Part shown: one piece after another, positions 28,235 to 37,913 of the stretch
How positions within the stretch are numbered: the first letter of the stretch is position 1
How the letters are laid out: every line of letters begins with the position of its first letter
Assembly: GCA_937904525.1 (NCBI GenBank)
Contig: CALEKX010000112.1
Coordinates: 13,811-77,810 of the forward strand
Length of the DNA: 64,000 nt
Source: an uncultured Phycisphaerales bacterium
Lineage (GTDB): Bacteria > Planctomycetota > Phycisphaerae > Tepidisphaerales > Tepidisphaeraceae
Direction of reading: 5' to 3'
Notes under the pieces: generated by a model
What the model saw: the letters and a program-made list of their open reading frames with translations, nothing else
The model's database searches: none
Told to the model about the DNA's origin: nothing
Position numbers and translations under genes: made by a program

Positions 28235-28666
28235 ATGAGCAAAGCGAAGGTCCTGTTTCTCTGCACCGGCAACTCCTGCCGAAGCCAGATGGCGGAGGGG
28301 TGGGCCAAAGCGCTGAAGGGCGACACCCTCGACGCCTACTCCGCCGGCGTCGATCCGCACGGCATGAACGCCCGCGCCGTCCAGGCGATGGCCGAAGCCG
28401 GCGTCGATATCACTACGCATCACTCCAAGCACTTGGATGAGCTGAAGCACATAAAATTCGACTACGTCGTCACCGTCTGCGGCCATGCCCACGAGACCTG
28501 CCCCGTCTTCCCCGGCCAAACCAAGGTCGTTCACGTCGGTTTCGATGACCCGCCCAACCTCGCCAAGGACGCCAAGTCCGACGAAGAAGCGATGACCCAC
28601 TACCGGCGCGTCCGCGATGAAATCCGCACGTTCATCCAATCCATCGAACAAAGGCTTGACGCGTGA
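28235..28666 (+). CDS. arsC: arsenate reductase, LMW-PTP/thioredoxin-coupled type
   Basis: MSKAKVLFLCTGNSCRSQMAEGW (CX5R loop) and VVTVCGHAHETCP (resolving Cys pair). I trimmed the track ORF to the ATG at 28235. Confidence 0.88.
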   Translation: MSKAKVLFLCTGNSCRSQMAEGWAKALKGDTLDAYSAGVDPHGMNARAVQAMAEAGVDITTHHSKHLDELKHIKFDYVVTVCGHAHETCPVFPGQTKVVHVGFDDPPNLAKDAKSDEEAMTHYRRVRDEIRTFIQSIEQRLDA

Positions 28667-29333
28667 TCCGCCCCCAACTTTTCGCCGAGTTCCTCGGCAC
28701 CTTCGAACTCGTCTTCGCCCGGTGCGTGCTATGGTCGTCAATGATGTTCACGGCGGCGTCATCACCCACGCCGGCATCTCCATCGTTTGGGGCCTGGTGA
28801 TCATGGCCATGATCTACGCGATGGGCGAGGTCTCCGGTGCTCACTTCAGCCCTGCGGTCACGATCGCCTTCGCCATCAGCGGCTCGTTCGCGCCCAGAAA
28901 GATCGCGCCCTACGTTCTCGCCCAACTCGCCGGCGCAACCGCCGCCGCCGGCGCGTTGCGGCTGCTGTTCGGCATGACGGGAAACGTCGGCATCACCCAG
29001 CCGCACGGCCCGGTGATGCAGGCGTTCTGGATGGAACTGATCCTCACGTTCTTCCTGATGCTGGTGATCCTCTCCGTCGCCCGCGGCAGCAAAGTGCAAG
29101 GTCTGATGGCGGGCATCGCCATCGGCGCGACGGTGGGCCTGGAAGCGATGTTCGCCGGCCCGGTGTGCAATGCGTCGATGAACCCCGCCCGCTCGATCGG
29201 CCCGGCCATCGTCGCTGGGAACCTCAATCACCTGTGGCTGTTTATCGTCGCGCCCCTCCTCGGCGCTGCATTAGCGGTGCCCGCGTGGAAAGCATCCAGC
29301 CAGAGGTGTTCCTCCATTTCGCCATCGAGCTAA
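28663..29333 (+). pseudogene. NIP-type aquaporin (aquaglyceroporin/arsenite channel-like) with an apparent 1-nt deletion after TM1
   Basis: GTG 28663 overlaps the arsC stop (GTGA) and encodes VIRPQLFAEFLGTFELVFARC, a typical MIP TM1. The rest (AMVVNDVHGGVITHAGISIVWGLVIMAMIYAMGEVSGAHFSPAVTIAFA...NPARSIGPAI...) is in the -1 frame. Restoring one G in TGCG-TGCT near 28726 gives ...LVFARCGAMVV.... Confidence 0.6.
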
Positions 29334-29419
29334 TCAGCCCTGATGGCACGATCAGCAAGCCAGAGACGGAGAAACTCCTCCAAGGATTCGTTGATCGATT
29401 CGTGGACGGATGAAGCGAT

Positions 29420-31213
29420 TCAATCGCTAGCGCTGGCATCACTCGCGGTCAACGATGCTCGCGGGAATCGCATGACGAACCGCGTGCCCTGACCGGGCTT
29501 GCTGGAGACTTCAATTGTCCCGCGATGGGCTTGAACGATGTGCTTCACGATCGAAAGGCCAAGGCCGGTGCCGCCCATGTCACGGGAGCGCGAACGGTCC
29601 ACCCGATAGAAGCGTTCGAAGATGCGAGGCAGGTCATCAGCGGGAATCCCGATGCCGTTATCGCTCACCTCGACGGATAGGGCGCTGTTGTCCTGCTTGA
29701 CTGACAAGCGCACCACGCCACCTTCAGGCGTGTACTTGAGGGCGTTGTCGATGAGATTTGCGATAGCGCGTTGCAGGTAATCAGCGTTGCCGTCCACGTG
29801 CGGCAGATGCGGCCAAACCTCGATGTTGAGCTGCTGTTGCTTGCGCTGGGCGGCGGATTGAAATAGCTCCACCGCCTTCCGCGCGACCTGTTCAAGGTCC
29901 ACGTGCTCGGGGCGCGGAACGCCAGGCAGGCTTTCCATGCTTGACAGGTCAAGCAGATCACTGACGAGATTGGTCAGCTGGTCGGCGTGCTTCTCGATAG
30001 TGGCCAGGTATTGCGGCCCACGCTGTGGATCCTGCATGGCCCCTTCGCGCAGGGTCTCAGCGAAGCCCTTGATGGCGGTCAACGGGGTACGCAGCTCATG
30101 AGACACGTTGGCGACGAACTCCGTGCGCAGTTCTTCGTAGCGAATGGCTTCGGTGGCATCGTGCAAAACGATTACCAGGCCTTCGGGGGTTCCCAGCGCG
30201 GGGAACGTTCGGATCGTCACTTGCAACTGCCTGCCAGCGATCGTGCCAATACGTAGACCCTGTCGCTGCGAGCCAAGCAGTACATCGCTTGCCGCCTGCA
30301 AGATTGCCTGGTGTCGTATGACCTCCCATAACGGCCTGCCCACTGCCTCCTCGAGCGATGCGTCGAGAAGGCGGGCCGCGGCTTGATTGGAGAGAACGAC
30401 ACGTTGCTGGGTATTGGTGGCGATGACTCCTTCGTTCATGCCAGACAAGATGGCCAGCAGTTGCGACTTGTCGCGCTGGGACTGGTGAAGCAGATCGACC
30501 AGCGAATCCGCCATCGCGTTCAGCGCTGCTGCCAGGGTTCCCAAGTCCCCGATTTCCGGGCGGACGATCCGCCGGCTGAGGTTCCCATGGCGTATGGCGT
30601 CGGCAAACTGGATCAGTTCCAGCAACGGGCGGGTGGAACGACGAGCAAAATAGTAGCTGATCCCCGCGGCTCCGAGCATGGCCAGAAGTGCGGCGGCGGC
30701 GATGCCAGCGTAGAAGGCCCGCAACTGGCGATCCAAATCCAGTAGATGCAGCGACAATCGCAAGTAATACGGTTTTCCGTCGGCCCCATCGACGCGACGG
30801 GCGAAGTACATCATATCGGTGTGGATCGTTTCGCTCGGGCGTATGCTCTCGCCATGGCCGCGGGTTGTGGCGGTGATAATCTCTGGGCGCAGGCGGTGGT
30901 TCTCCATGGCTGCCGGGTCAGCTTCATTATCGGCGATGACCGTACCCTCTTCCGCGACGATGGTTACGCGCCGGCCAATGGCTTGCCCCGCTTGGTTCAC
31001 ATGGTCGCGAAGCTCGGCCAGACGGTCGGGGTGAAGGTCGCCAGACACACTCAGCGCCAGCAGTTGGGTTTCATCACCCAGAGAACGCCGCGCCTGGCGC
31101 AGGTAGCTGTCGCGAAGCTGTTGCGCGCCGACCAATCCGACAACGCCGATCGCTGCGCAGCTCAGCAGCAGGTAAGGCAGGAACAGGCGGCGAAAGAAGG
31201 GACTGGACCACAC
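29420..31213 (-). CDS. phoR: PhoR-like sensor histidine kinase (TM, HAMP, PAS, HisKA, HATPase)
   Basis: H-box VANVSHELRTPLTAIKGF. N/G boxes IDNALKYTP, DNGIGI, GGTGLGLSIVKH. Context is next to phoB-phoU-pst. Confidence 0.8.
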   Translation of the reverse strand: MWSSPFFRRLFLPYLLLSCAAIGVVGLVGAQQLRDSYLRQARRSLGDETQLLALSVSGDLHPDRLAELRDHVNQAGQAIGRRVTIVAEEGTVIADNEADPAAMENHRLRPEIITATTRGHGESIRPSETIHTDMMYFARRVDGADGKPYYLRLSLHLLDLDRQLRAFYAGIAAAALLAMLGAAGISYYFARRSTRPLLELIQFADAIRHGNLSRRIVRPEIGDLGTLAAALNAMADSLVDLLHQSQRDKSQLLAILSGMNEGVIATNTQQRVVLSNQAAARLLDASLEEAVGRPLWEVIRHQAILQAASDVLLGSQRQGLRIGTIAGRQLQVTIRTFPALGTPEGLVIVLHDATEAIRYEELRTEFVANVSHELRTPLTAIKGFAETLREGAMQDPQRGPQYLATIEKHADQLTNLVSDLLDLSSMESLPGVPRPEHVDLEQVARKAVELFQSAAQRKQQQLNIEVWPHLPHVDGNADYLQRAIANLIDNALKYTPEGGVVRLSVKQDNSALSVEVSDNGIGIPADDLPRIFERFYRVDRSRSRDMGGTGLGLSIVKHIVQAHRGTIEVSSKPGQGTRFVMRFPRASLTASDASASD

Positions 31214-31219
31214 AGTGCT

Positions 31220-31927
31220 TCACTCTCCATTCGGTTCGGCCCCGATGCGGTCAGTGAACTTATACCCAAAGCCCCGCACGGTTTCGATCAGGTCGCCGCC
31301 CGCACCCAGCTTGCGGCGAATAGAACTGATATGCACGTCGATGGTGCGGTCGAAGATGGCCGCATCGCGTGACAGCGCCCCGTCAATGATCGCGTCGCGG
31401 CTTAAAACACGGCCGGGACGGCTTGCCAAGAACTGCAGGATGCGGAATTCCGTCGCCGTTAGGGTTACGGCTTGACCGTCATAGCTGACTTCATGGCCGG
31501 CAACATTTACGAGGAGCCTTCCCTGGCGGATGACCTGTGCGTCCAGTTGCGCCGTCATGCGGCGAAGCACCGCCTTGACGCGCGCCACCAATTCCCGCGG
31601 ACTGAATGGCTTAGTGACATAGTCATCGGCCCCGATCTCCAGGCCGACAATACGGTCAGCCTCTGCTGCCAGCGCCGTGAGGATGATGATGGGAAGGTGG
31701 CCTGTGCGGCTATTTGCACGCAACAGGCGACAGACTTCCAGCCCGCCCATTCCGGGCATCATCAGGTCCAGCACCACCACATCGGGCTGTTGCTCGGTAG
31801 CGAGGCTGTAGCCCGAGCGCCCGTCCGTTGCCGCCAGCACATCGAAACCCTCGCGCTCCAGGTTATAGCGCACCAGCTCGATCAGGTCCTTCTCGTCGTC
31901 GATTATCAGCACCGTTCCTCGGCTCAT
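31220..31927 (-). CDS. phoB: OmpR-family response regulator, PhoB-like
   Basis: Receiver VLIIDDEKDL...DVVVLDLMMPGMGG...IIILTA. Winged helix LTATEFRILQFLASRPGRVLSRDAIID...IDVHISSIRRKL. Confidence 0.85.
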   Translation of the reverse strand: MSRGTVLIIDDEKDLIELVRYNLEREGFDVLAATDGRSGYSLATEQQPDVVVLDLMMPGMGGLEVCRLLRANSRTGHLPIIILTALAAEADRIVGLEIGADDYVTKPFSPRELVARVKAVLRRMTAQLDAQVIRQGRLLVNVAGHEVSYDGQAVTLTATEFRILQFLASRPGRVLSRDAIIDGALSRDAAIFDRTIDVHISSIRRKLGAGGDLIETVRGFGYKFTDRIGAEPNGE

Positions 31928-32628
31928 GGGTGGTTCTGCTTACGGGGTTGCTGGGTCAGGCCCTTGGTGTGGCGTACGTCGCGGCCTTGGATCCAATAGA
32001 TCACTTCTTCTCCGATATTGGTGGCGTGATCGGCGATTCGCTCGAGATTCCGGGCGATCAGGATCATCGACATGGCTCGTTGAATTGTGCCGGGGTTCTC
32101 CATCATGTGCGTCAGCAGGGAACGAAATATCCTATCGCGAAAGCCGTCTACCTGCTCGTCATCGGCCAGAACCCGATCGGCCAAGGCTACGTCCTTGTTC
32201 ATCATGGCCGTCAAACTGTCGCGTACCATCTTCTGTGCGACTTCGGCCATGACCGAAATATCCGCCAATCCGGCCTGGGGCATGTCCACCTGGGGCTGTG
32301 ATGGCGCCAGGACGAAATGGGAATTCTGACAAATGTTGATCGCCTGATCTGCGATGCGCTCCAGTTCGCCGGCGATCCGCGACACCATGAACAGGAACCG
32401 TGCGTCTCTCGCCACGGGCTGGTTCAGCGCCGTGAGCGTGACGGCCAGATCGTCCACCTCGACCTGCAAGGCGTTGACCCGTTGTTCCTTCGAGTACACG
32501 TCGGCGCTGAGCTTCTCCGCCTGCTTCGCGAGGATCTGCGCCGCAGTGTGGATCATGTCTTCGGCCAATGACCCCATCACGACCACCTTCTGCAGGAGCA
32601 TTGCGAGCTGATCCTGGAAATGTCGCAT
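31924..32628 (-). CDS. phoU: phosphate signalling complex protein PhoU
   Basis: Two PhoU repeats containing ELERIADQAINI and NLERIADHATNI. ATGA overlap with phoB. Confidence 0.9.
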   Translation of the reverse strand: MRHFQDQLAMLLQKVVVMGSLAEDMIHTAAQILAKQAEKLSADVYSKEQRVNALQVEVDDLAVTLTALNQPVARDARFLFMVSRIAGELERIADQAINICQNSHFVLAPSQPQVDMPQAGLADISVMAEVAQKMVRDSLTAMMNKDVALADRVLADDEQVDGFRDRIFRSLLTHMMENPGTIQRAMSMILIARNLERIADHATNIGEEVIYWIQGRDVRHTKGLTQQPRKQNHP

Positions 32629-32648
32629 GAGACAACTCCTGTGGCAGT

Positions 32649-33461
32649 CTAGCCGAAGCGCCCGCTGATGAAAGATTCTGTACGCAGGTCTCTCGGGTTC
32701 GTGAACAACTCACTGGTCGGCCCTTGCTCGATCAGCTCGCCCGACAGCAGGAATATGCTCCGACCGGCGACGCGTGCGGCTTGCTGAATATTGTGCGTGA
32801 CCATTACCAGGGTGTAATCGCGCTGAAGGTCAACCAGCAACTGCTCGATGCGCTCGGTGGCAACCGGGTCCAATGCCGAACAGGGTTCGTCCAGCAGCAG
32901 GACCTCTGGTGAGACGGCCAATGCGCGGGCGATGCAGAGGCGCTGCTGCTGTCCGCCAGACAAGCTGGTTCCGGGCTTCTCAAGACGGTCCTTGACCTCA
33001 TCCCACAGCGCGGCACGGCGCAAGCTGAGTTCGACACGCTCGTCGAGCACTGAGCGCTTACGTATGCCGTTCAGCCGCAGCCCGACAGCCACGTTATCGT
33101 AGATGCTGAACGTGGGAAACGGATTGGGGCGCTGGAAGACCATGCCGATCCGTCGCCGCAACTGCACTGGGTCGAGGGACGGATCATACAAGTTCACGCC
33201 ACCGAGCCTAATGGCGCCCCGCACCCAAGCGCCGGGAACTTCCTCGTGAAGGCGATTGATGCAGCGGATCAGGGTGGACTTTCCGCACCCCGAAGGCCCC
33301 ATGACAGCGGTGATCGTCCGCTGGGGCAGGGTCAGCGAGATGGATTTCAGCACCTGGTGTCCGCCGAACCCCGCGTCCAAGCCGCTGATAACGATCTCAG
33401 AATCGCCAGCACAAGGGTCTGCGGTGACGGCAGGCCTTGGAATCGTGATATTGAGTTTCAT
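32649..33461 (-). CDS. pstB: phosphate ABC transporter ATP-binding protein
   Basis: [43 protein letters not shown]. Trimmed to the ATG at 33461 (ATGA overlap with the pstA stop). Confidence 0.92.
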   Translation of the reverse strand: MKLNITIPRPAVTADPCAGDSEIVISGLDAGFGGHQVLKSISLTLPQRTITAVMGPSGCGKSTLIRCINRLHEEVPGAWVRGAIRLGGVNLYDPSLDPVQLRRRIGMVFQRPNPFPTFSIYDNVAVGLRLNGIRKRSVLDERVELSLRRAALWDEVKDRLEKPGTSLSGGQQQRLCIARALAVSPEVLLLDEPCSALDPVATERIEQLLVDLQRDYTLVMVTHNIQQAARVAGRSIFLLSGELIEQGPTSELFTNPRDLRTESFISGRFG

Positions 33462-34318
33462 GGATTTGCTCCTGATCCGTACCGCCAGTGGGAGTAAGCG
33501 TGGGTCGCCAGACGAACGGCGAGGATCAGGGCAACCAACACCAGCGCCGCGCCCCAGGCCTGGCGCACCAGTTCTTCGAATGGCTGACGGGCGTAATCGA
33601 ACAGCAATGCGGGCAGCGATCCGACCGGTTCCAGCGGCGAGCCAGGCCATTCGTTGGACCCGAAGGCGGTGAACAGCAGCGGCGCCGCTTCGCCGGCGAC
33701 GCGGGCCAACGCCAGAAACAGCCCGGTCAGCACCGCCGGCACCGCCGACCGCAACACGATTCGGAGCACGACGCGATAGCGCGGCAGGCCCAGCGCCAAC
33801 CCAGCCTCATCCACGCTGGTAGAGATCGCTCGCACCGCTTCTTCCGTCGTGCGCGCGAAGATCGGGAGCATGATCATCGCCAGTGCCAGTCCCCCGGCCA
33901 GCATGGAGAATCCGGTGCCAAGCGAGAATCCGCTGCGGCGGACGACGAGGGTGTAGATGAACACGCCGACGATGATCGCCGGGATGCCTGACATCACGTC
34001 CAGCAGCACGCGAACCATGCCGCCCAGTCGGGGACTTCGCCCGCGAGCCAGGAACAGACCCTTCGCCAGTCCCACCGGTACCGCCAGTGCCGTCGCAATC
34101 CCGAGCAGACACACCGATCCAGCGATGGCGTGGGCGATGCCACCGTTCTCGCCGACGGGCCGCCAGGGTCCGGTGATGAACCGAAGACTCAACGTGCTGC
34201 CGCCTTTGACGACCAGAGTGAACAGCAAGCTGGCCAGAGGCGCCAGGCAGATCAGCAAGGCGAGTCCCATGGCCCCTAGCATCAGTCGGTTCTTCCAGCG
34301 GCGGTAGCGCGGGCTCAT
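33458..34318 (-). CDS. pstA: phosphate ABC transporter permease PstA
   Basis: Multi-TM permease with [28 protein letters not shown] 34318 overlaps the pstC stop (ATGA). Confidence 0.88.
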   Translation of the reverse strand: MSPRYRRWKNRLMLGAMGLALLICLAPLASLLFTLVVKGGSTLSLRFITGPWRPVGENGGIAHAIAGSVCLLGIATALAVPVGLAKGLFLARGRSPRLGGMVRVLLDVMSGIPAIIVGVFIYTLVVRRSGFSLGTGFSMLAGGLALAMIMLPIFARTTEEAVRAISTSVDEAGLALGLPRYRVVLRIVLRSAVPAVLTGLFLALARVAGEAAPLLFTAFGSNEWPGSPLEPVGSLPALLFDYARQPFEELVRQAWGAALVLVALILAVRLATHAYSHWRYGSGANP

Positions 34319-35307
34319 GACCGGCCTCCCGCACCCGGAAGCGACGGGCGAATGATCCACCGAGCCAGGACGTTGACCGCCAGCGTCACCAGAAACAACA
34401 GCAACGCCATTTCGATCAATGCTGCCGTGAACAGATCGCTTGGCGCTTCTGCGAACTGGTTGGCGATGGTGCTGGCGACGGTGTCTGAAGCGGCGAACAG
34501 CGAAGGGCTGATCCGCCGTCCGTTGCCGATCACCATCGTCACCGCCATCGTTTCACCCAGTGCCCGGCCCAATGCAAGGATGCATCCGCCGGCGAATGCG
34601 GAACCGCAGGCAGGCCACACCGCCACCCGAATCATCTCCCAGCGCGTCGCCCCGAGTCCCAGCGCCGCCTCGCGATAGGACGCAGGCACGGCGCGGATCG
34701 CCTCCAGCGAAATCGACACGATGATCGGCAACACCATGATCGCCAGGATCAGCACAGCACACAACATGTTTCTCGGTTCGTACGGCGGGCCGAAGATCGG
34801 CAGGAAGCCCAGCGAGCGCGCCAGCACAGGCTGCAGGGTGTTGCTGACCCAGGGAGCCAGCACAAAGATCCCCCACAGCCCGTATACAACGCTGGGAATG
34901 GTCGCCAGCACTTCGATCAGAAAGCGCGCCGCCGAGCGCCAGCGGGAGGTGAGGACTTCGTTAAGAAAGGTGGCGACCGCAATGCCGAATGGGGCGGCCA
35001 GGCACAATGCCAGCACAGCGCTGATCAGCGTTCCGACAATGAAGGGCAAGGCGCCGTATTGCTCACGTTCGGGATGTGGCTCCCATACGCTGGAGGTAAG
35101 AAACGACAGCCCGAACGCACGAATCGACGGCCAGGCACCGTACACCAGCACGCCCACAAACAGCACCAGAATCGCCGGAGCCACCAGCGCCGCCGCCGTC
35201 AGCAGGCCATGATAGAGGCGGCCTTCACGCGCCCGGACTGTCACCCCTGTCCGTTGGGGCGCGGTCCGTTGATCGGCCGATTCAAACTTGGAGATCACTG
35301 CTTCCAT
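34315..35307 (-). CDS. pstC: phosphate ABC transporter permease PstC
   Basis: Multi-TM permease with EAALGLGATRWEMIRVAVWP. Confidence 0.88.
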   Translation of the reverse strand: MEAVISKFESADQRTAPQRTGVTVRAREGRLYHGLLTAAALVAPAILVLFVGVLVYGAWPSIRAFGLSFLTSSVWEPHPEREQYGALPFIVGTLISAVLALCLAAPFGIAVATFLNEVLTSRWRSAARFLIEVLATIPSVVYGLWGIFVLAPWVSNTLQPVLARSLGFLPIFGPPYEPRNMLCAVLILAIMVLPIIVSISLEAIRAVPASYREAALGLGATRWEMIRVAVWPACGSAFAGGCILALGRALGETMAVTMVIGNGRRISPSLFAASDTVASTIANQFAEAPSDLFTAALIEMALLLFLVTLAVNVLARWIIRPSLPGAGGRS

Positions 35308-35333
35308 ACGACTCGTGTACCGGTGCGCGAACG

Positions 35334-36398
35334 CTACTGGGAGACAAGCGGCTTGCCGCCCGAGGTCACCGAACGCAGCTTGGCTTCGATGTGCGGCAGC
35401 AGCGCCGCTGGAATCGGGGCATAGTGCAGCGGCGCGGCCATTGCCTGGCCTTCATGGGTCGCCCACCAAAGGAAATCGACCAGTGCCTTGCCCTTCGCCG
35501 CATCGGCCTGCTGCTGATAGAGCAGAATCCATGTCAGCCCGCTGATGGGGTAAGCCGAATCGCCCGGCGCATTCGTGATGGAAACCCGCAGATCCTCGGG
35601 AATGTCTTTCAAGGATGCCGCCGCCGAGACAGAGTCAGCGCTGGCACGGACGGCTTTTCCCGCCGCATTGACCACCGAACCGTAGGCGATGTTGTTGTTG
35701 GCCGCATAGATCAATTCGACGTAGCCCAGTGATCCTTCATTCTGCTTCACGTCCGCCGCAACGCCGTCATTGCCCTTGGCGCCTCGGCCGACGGGCCAGT
35801 TCACCGTGGTCCCCCGCCCAGGGCCTGACTCCCACGCTGGGCTAACCTTGGACAGGTAGTCGGTGAAGATAAAGGTCGTCCCGCTCCCGTCTGAGCGGTG
35901 AACGATGGTGATCGGCCGGTCGGGCAGGCCGGCATCGGGATTGAGCGTCACGAGCGCCGCGTCGTTCCACCTCGTGATCTTGCCCAGGAACAGGTCTGCC
36001 AGAACCGGCCCGCTGAACACCAATGGTCTTTTCACTTGCGGCAGGTTGTACACCGGAACCACGGCGCCCAGGACCATCGGAATGTGCAGCAGTTCGCCCT
36101 CTGCCTTCTGCAGTTGTGAATCGGTCATCGGACTGTCGGTGGCGCCGAAGTCTACGGTCTTCTCGGTGATCTGTTTGATTCCGCCCCCGCTGCCAATCCC
36201 TTGGTAGTTGATGACGACGTTCGGGTGCATCCGTGCGTATTGCGCCGCCCACTTCTCGTAGAGCGGCTTGGGGAACGTCGCCCCGGCGCCGGTCAGGCGC
36301 ACCGGACTTCCGCTTTCACCGGTGTCGCCGCCGTTTCCGTCGCATCCAACCGCCACGGTAAGCAATACAATCAACCAAAGCCTGATAATCAGCTGCAT
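35334..36398 (-). CDS. pstS: phosphate-binding lipoprotein PstS
   Basis: Lipobox LLTVAVGC. LTGAGATFPKPLYEKW...YQGIGSGGGI...GATDSPM...RSDGSGTT. AAGGAG lies upstream of ATG 36398. The longer track start is rejected. Confidence 0.9.
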   Translation of the reverse strand: MQLIIRLWLIVLLTVAVGCDGNGGDTGESGSPVRLTGAGATFPKPLYEKWAAQYARMHPNVVINYQGIGSGGGIKQITEKTVDFGATDSPMTDSQLQKAEGELLHIPMVLGAVVPVYNLPQVKRPLVFSGPVLADLFLGKITRWNDAALVTLNPDAGLPDRPITIVHRSDGSGTTFIFTDYLSKVSPAWESGPGRGTTVNWPVGRGAKGNDGVAADVKQNEGSLGYVELIYAANNNIAYGSVVNAAGKAVRASADSVSAAASLKDIPEDLRVSITNAPGDSAYPISGLTWILLYQQQADAAKGKALVDFLWWATHEGQAMAAPLHYAPIPAALLPHIEAKLRSVTSGGKPLVSQ

Positions 36399-36450
36399 GA
36401 GTTCTCCTTGTGATGAACTTCCAACAGAGTATGAATGCGTGCGAGGCACG

Positions 36451-36478
36451 TGTGAACAGATCGTTAAGAATGGGTTAA
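36451..36478 (-). promoter_or_regulatory. Pho-box-like array: three direct hexamers TTAACC / TTAACG / TTCACA at exact 11-bp spacing upstream of pstS
   Basis: The + strand shows GTTAA at 36474-36478, GTTAA at 36463-36467 and GTGAA at 36452-36456. A CATACT -10-like box follows about 17 nt after the last repeat on the minus strand. Confidence 0.5.
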
Positions 36479-36502
36479 GACCGCCTGCCGATGCCTCGCC
36501 CA

Positions 36503-37382
36503 TCACAGGGCGAGTTGGAACTGCACCCGCCAGACGACCTGATCGTCATCGCTGGCGAGGTAGCCCAGGCCGCTGTCAGATGGGCTGTCTTTTGGCAGAT
36601 ACACCACATCGGTTGTCAGCTTGGCGAAAACTGGTGTTGTCCGAGTTGATCCCGTCGTGGAACACGGCTTGGGTGGCGAGCGGACCTCGCTGATAGGCCA
36701 AACCCACGCCCTGGACCCTGTCGGTGGCGCCGCCACCTAGGATTTCGTTGACGATGGATCGGTCGGCCGCAAGCCGGCGGGTGGAACTGACCAGTTCCTC
36801 GTGATGCACCGGGTCCTTGAACTGCCCACCAACCAGTTTCCATTCGGGCGTGAGCTTATAGCTGATGACCGCGTCTTCGAGGAACACGCTACCGCCGGAG
36901 CGATTGGTAGCCCAGACGAACTTGTAACCGAGATCCTTGCTGAATGCGTGGCCTTCAGCGCCGAACTTAGCGCGGCGAATCTCGAAGCCGTTCTCATAGC
37001 CCTCGTCATCGCCTGAATCGGACCAGTTGGATACGTTGCGGAGCTGAAGTTGGAAGACCGGGCTGATCGAGAAGTTTCCGGCAGCGTCGCGGATAAGGAA
37101 CTTGCCCTTCTCCACGCCCGCCGTCAACGGCGCGACCGTCGTATCGGTCGGCAGTGTTTGGCTACGCCGCTGGGCATCAAGCAGGACCTCGTCGCGGGCG
37201 GCAGTCGACTTCGTGGTGGAACGTTGGGAAGTGGCCCGCAGTTCGGCCACCTCCTCCCGAAGAGTACGGATCTGCTCAGCCATGTCGGCAGACGCCGGCT
37301 CGGCGTCCCAGGACATACCTGACGTGGCCAGCGGCGAGGCCAGCAGAGCGATTAAGTTTGCAGAAGATCGTCTACGAAACAT
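36503..37382 (-). pseudogene. phosphate-selective porin O/P-like outer-membrane porin, apparent +1 frameshift in an A4/T4 run
   Basis: Signal peptide MFRRRSSANLIALLASPLATS, with AAGGAG upstream of ATG 37382. N-terminal coiled coil AEQIRTLREEVAELRA. Beta-barrel-like body. The reading frame breaks at 36627-36630 (AAAA on the + strand). Removing one base joins ...HDGINSDNTSF to AKLTTDVVYLPKDSPSDSGLGYLASDDDQVVWRVQFQLAL. Confidence 0.6.
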
Positions 37383-37913
37383 GCAGTAACTCCTTATCGG
37401 GCAACAGCGCCGGTGCCCCATGCGCATCCCGGCCAGCATTAGCGAAGAGTTCGCCAAATTCGCCGGTGGGCGGAGTTAACTGCAACGGCATTTGGGTCGC
37501 GCGAAGGACTTGTGATGCGTTGGTTAGATCGCCACTTCATTGGCATGTTCACGGCGATAGCCTGGCTGGCGGATAGAGTGGTCGACACGCGGGTAGCAGC
37601 GCGGAAAGTCTACGACTTGGACGACTAAGGCGCTGAGGGTTGACGAGAATGTGACCCGCCGCACGCAACCAGTTCAGGAAATCGATCATGTCCGCCAACA
37701 GGGGCTTGATCACTTATCGTGGAGAATCCGAAATCTGCAGGTGAGAATGAATGACCTATTGGCCAGTTGCACGTCTTGAAGGTTGTCCGTAACCGGATAC
37801 GTTCGGTGACGTGCATGAGAGCGACGTAACGGGTATGGCGATAGTCACGGACTTGCCTGTTGGCTGATGGCGGCCACGAAAAGTTCAACTGGCGTCCAGT
37901 CACCCCGAGTGAT

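Noticed and set aside
27322-29420. The metal/arsenic islet as an intact tRNA-Pro-integrated mobile element
   Set aside because: There is no integrase or excisionase. By eye I found no direct repeat of the tRNA-Pro 3' end at the distal boundary. I keep it only as a compositional islet.
37383-37620. A second Pho box upstream of the porin gene
   Set aside because: I found only a weak two-unit candidate on the minus strand (CTAACC-N5-ATCACA, 11-bp phased), with no convincing third repeat or -10 box. This is not enough to report as a feature.
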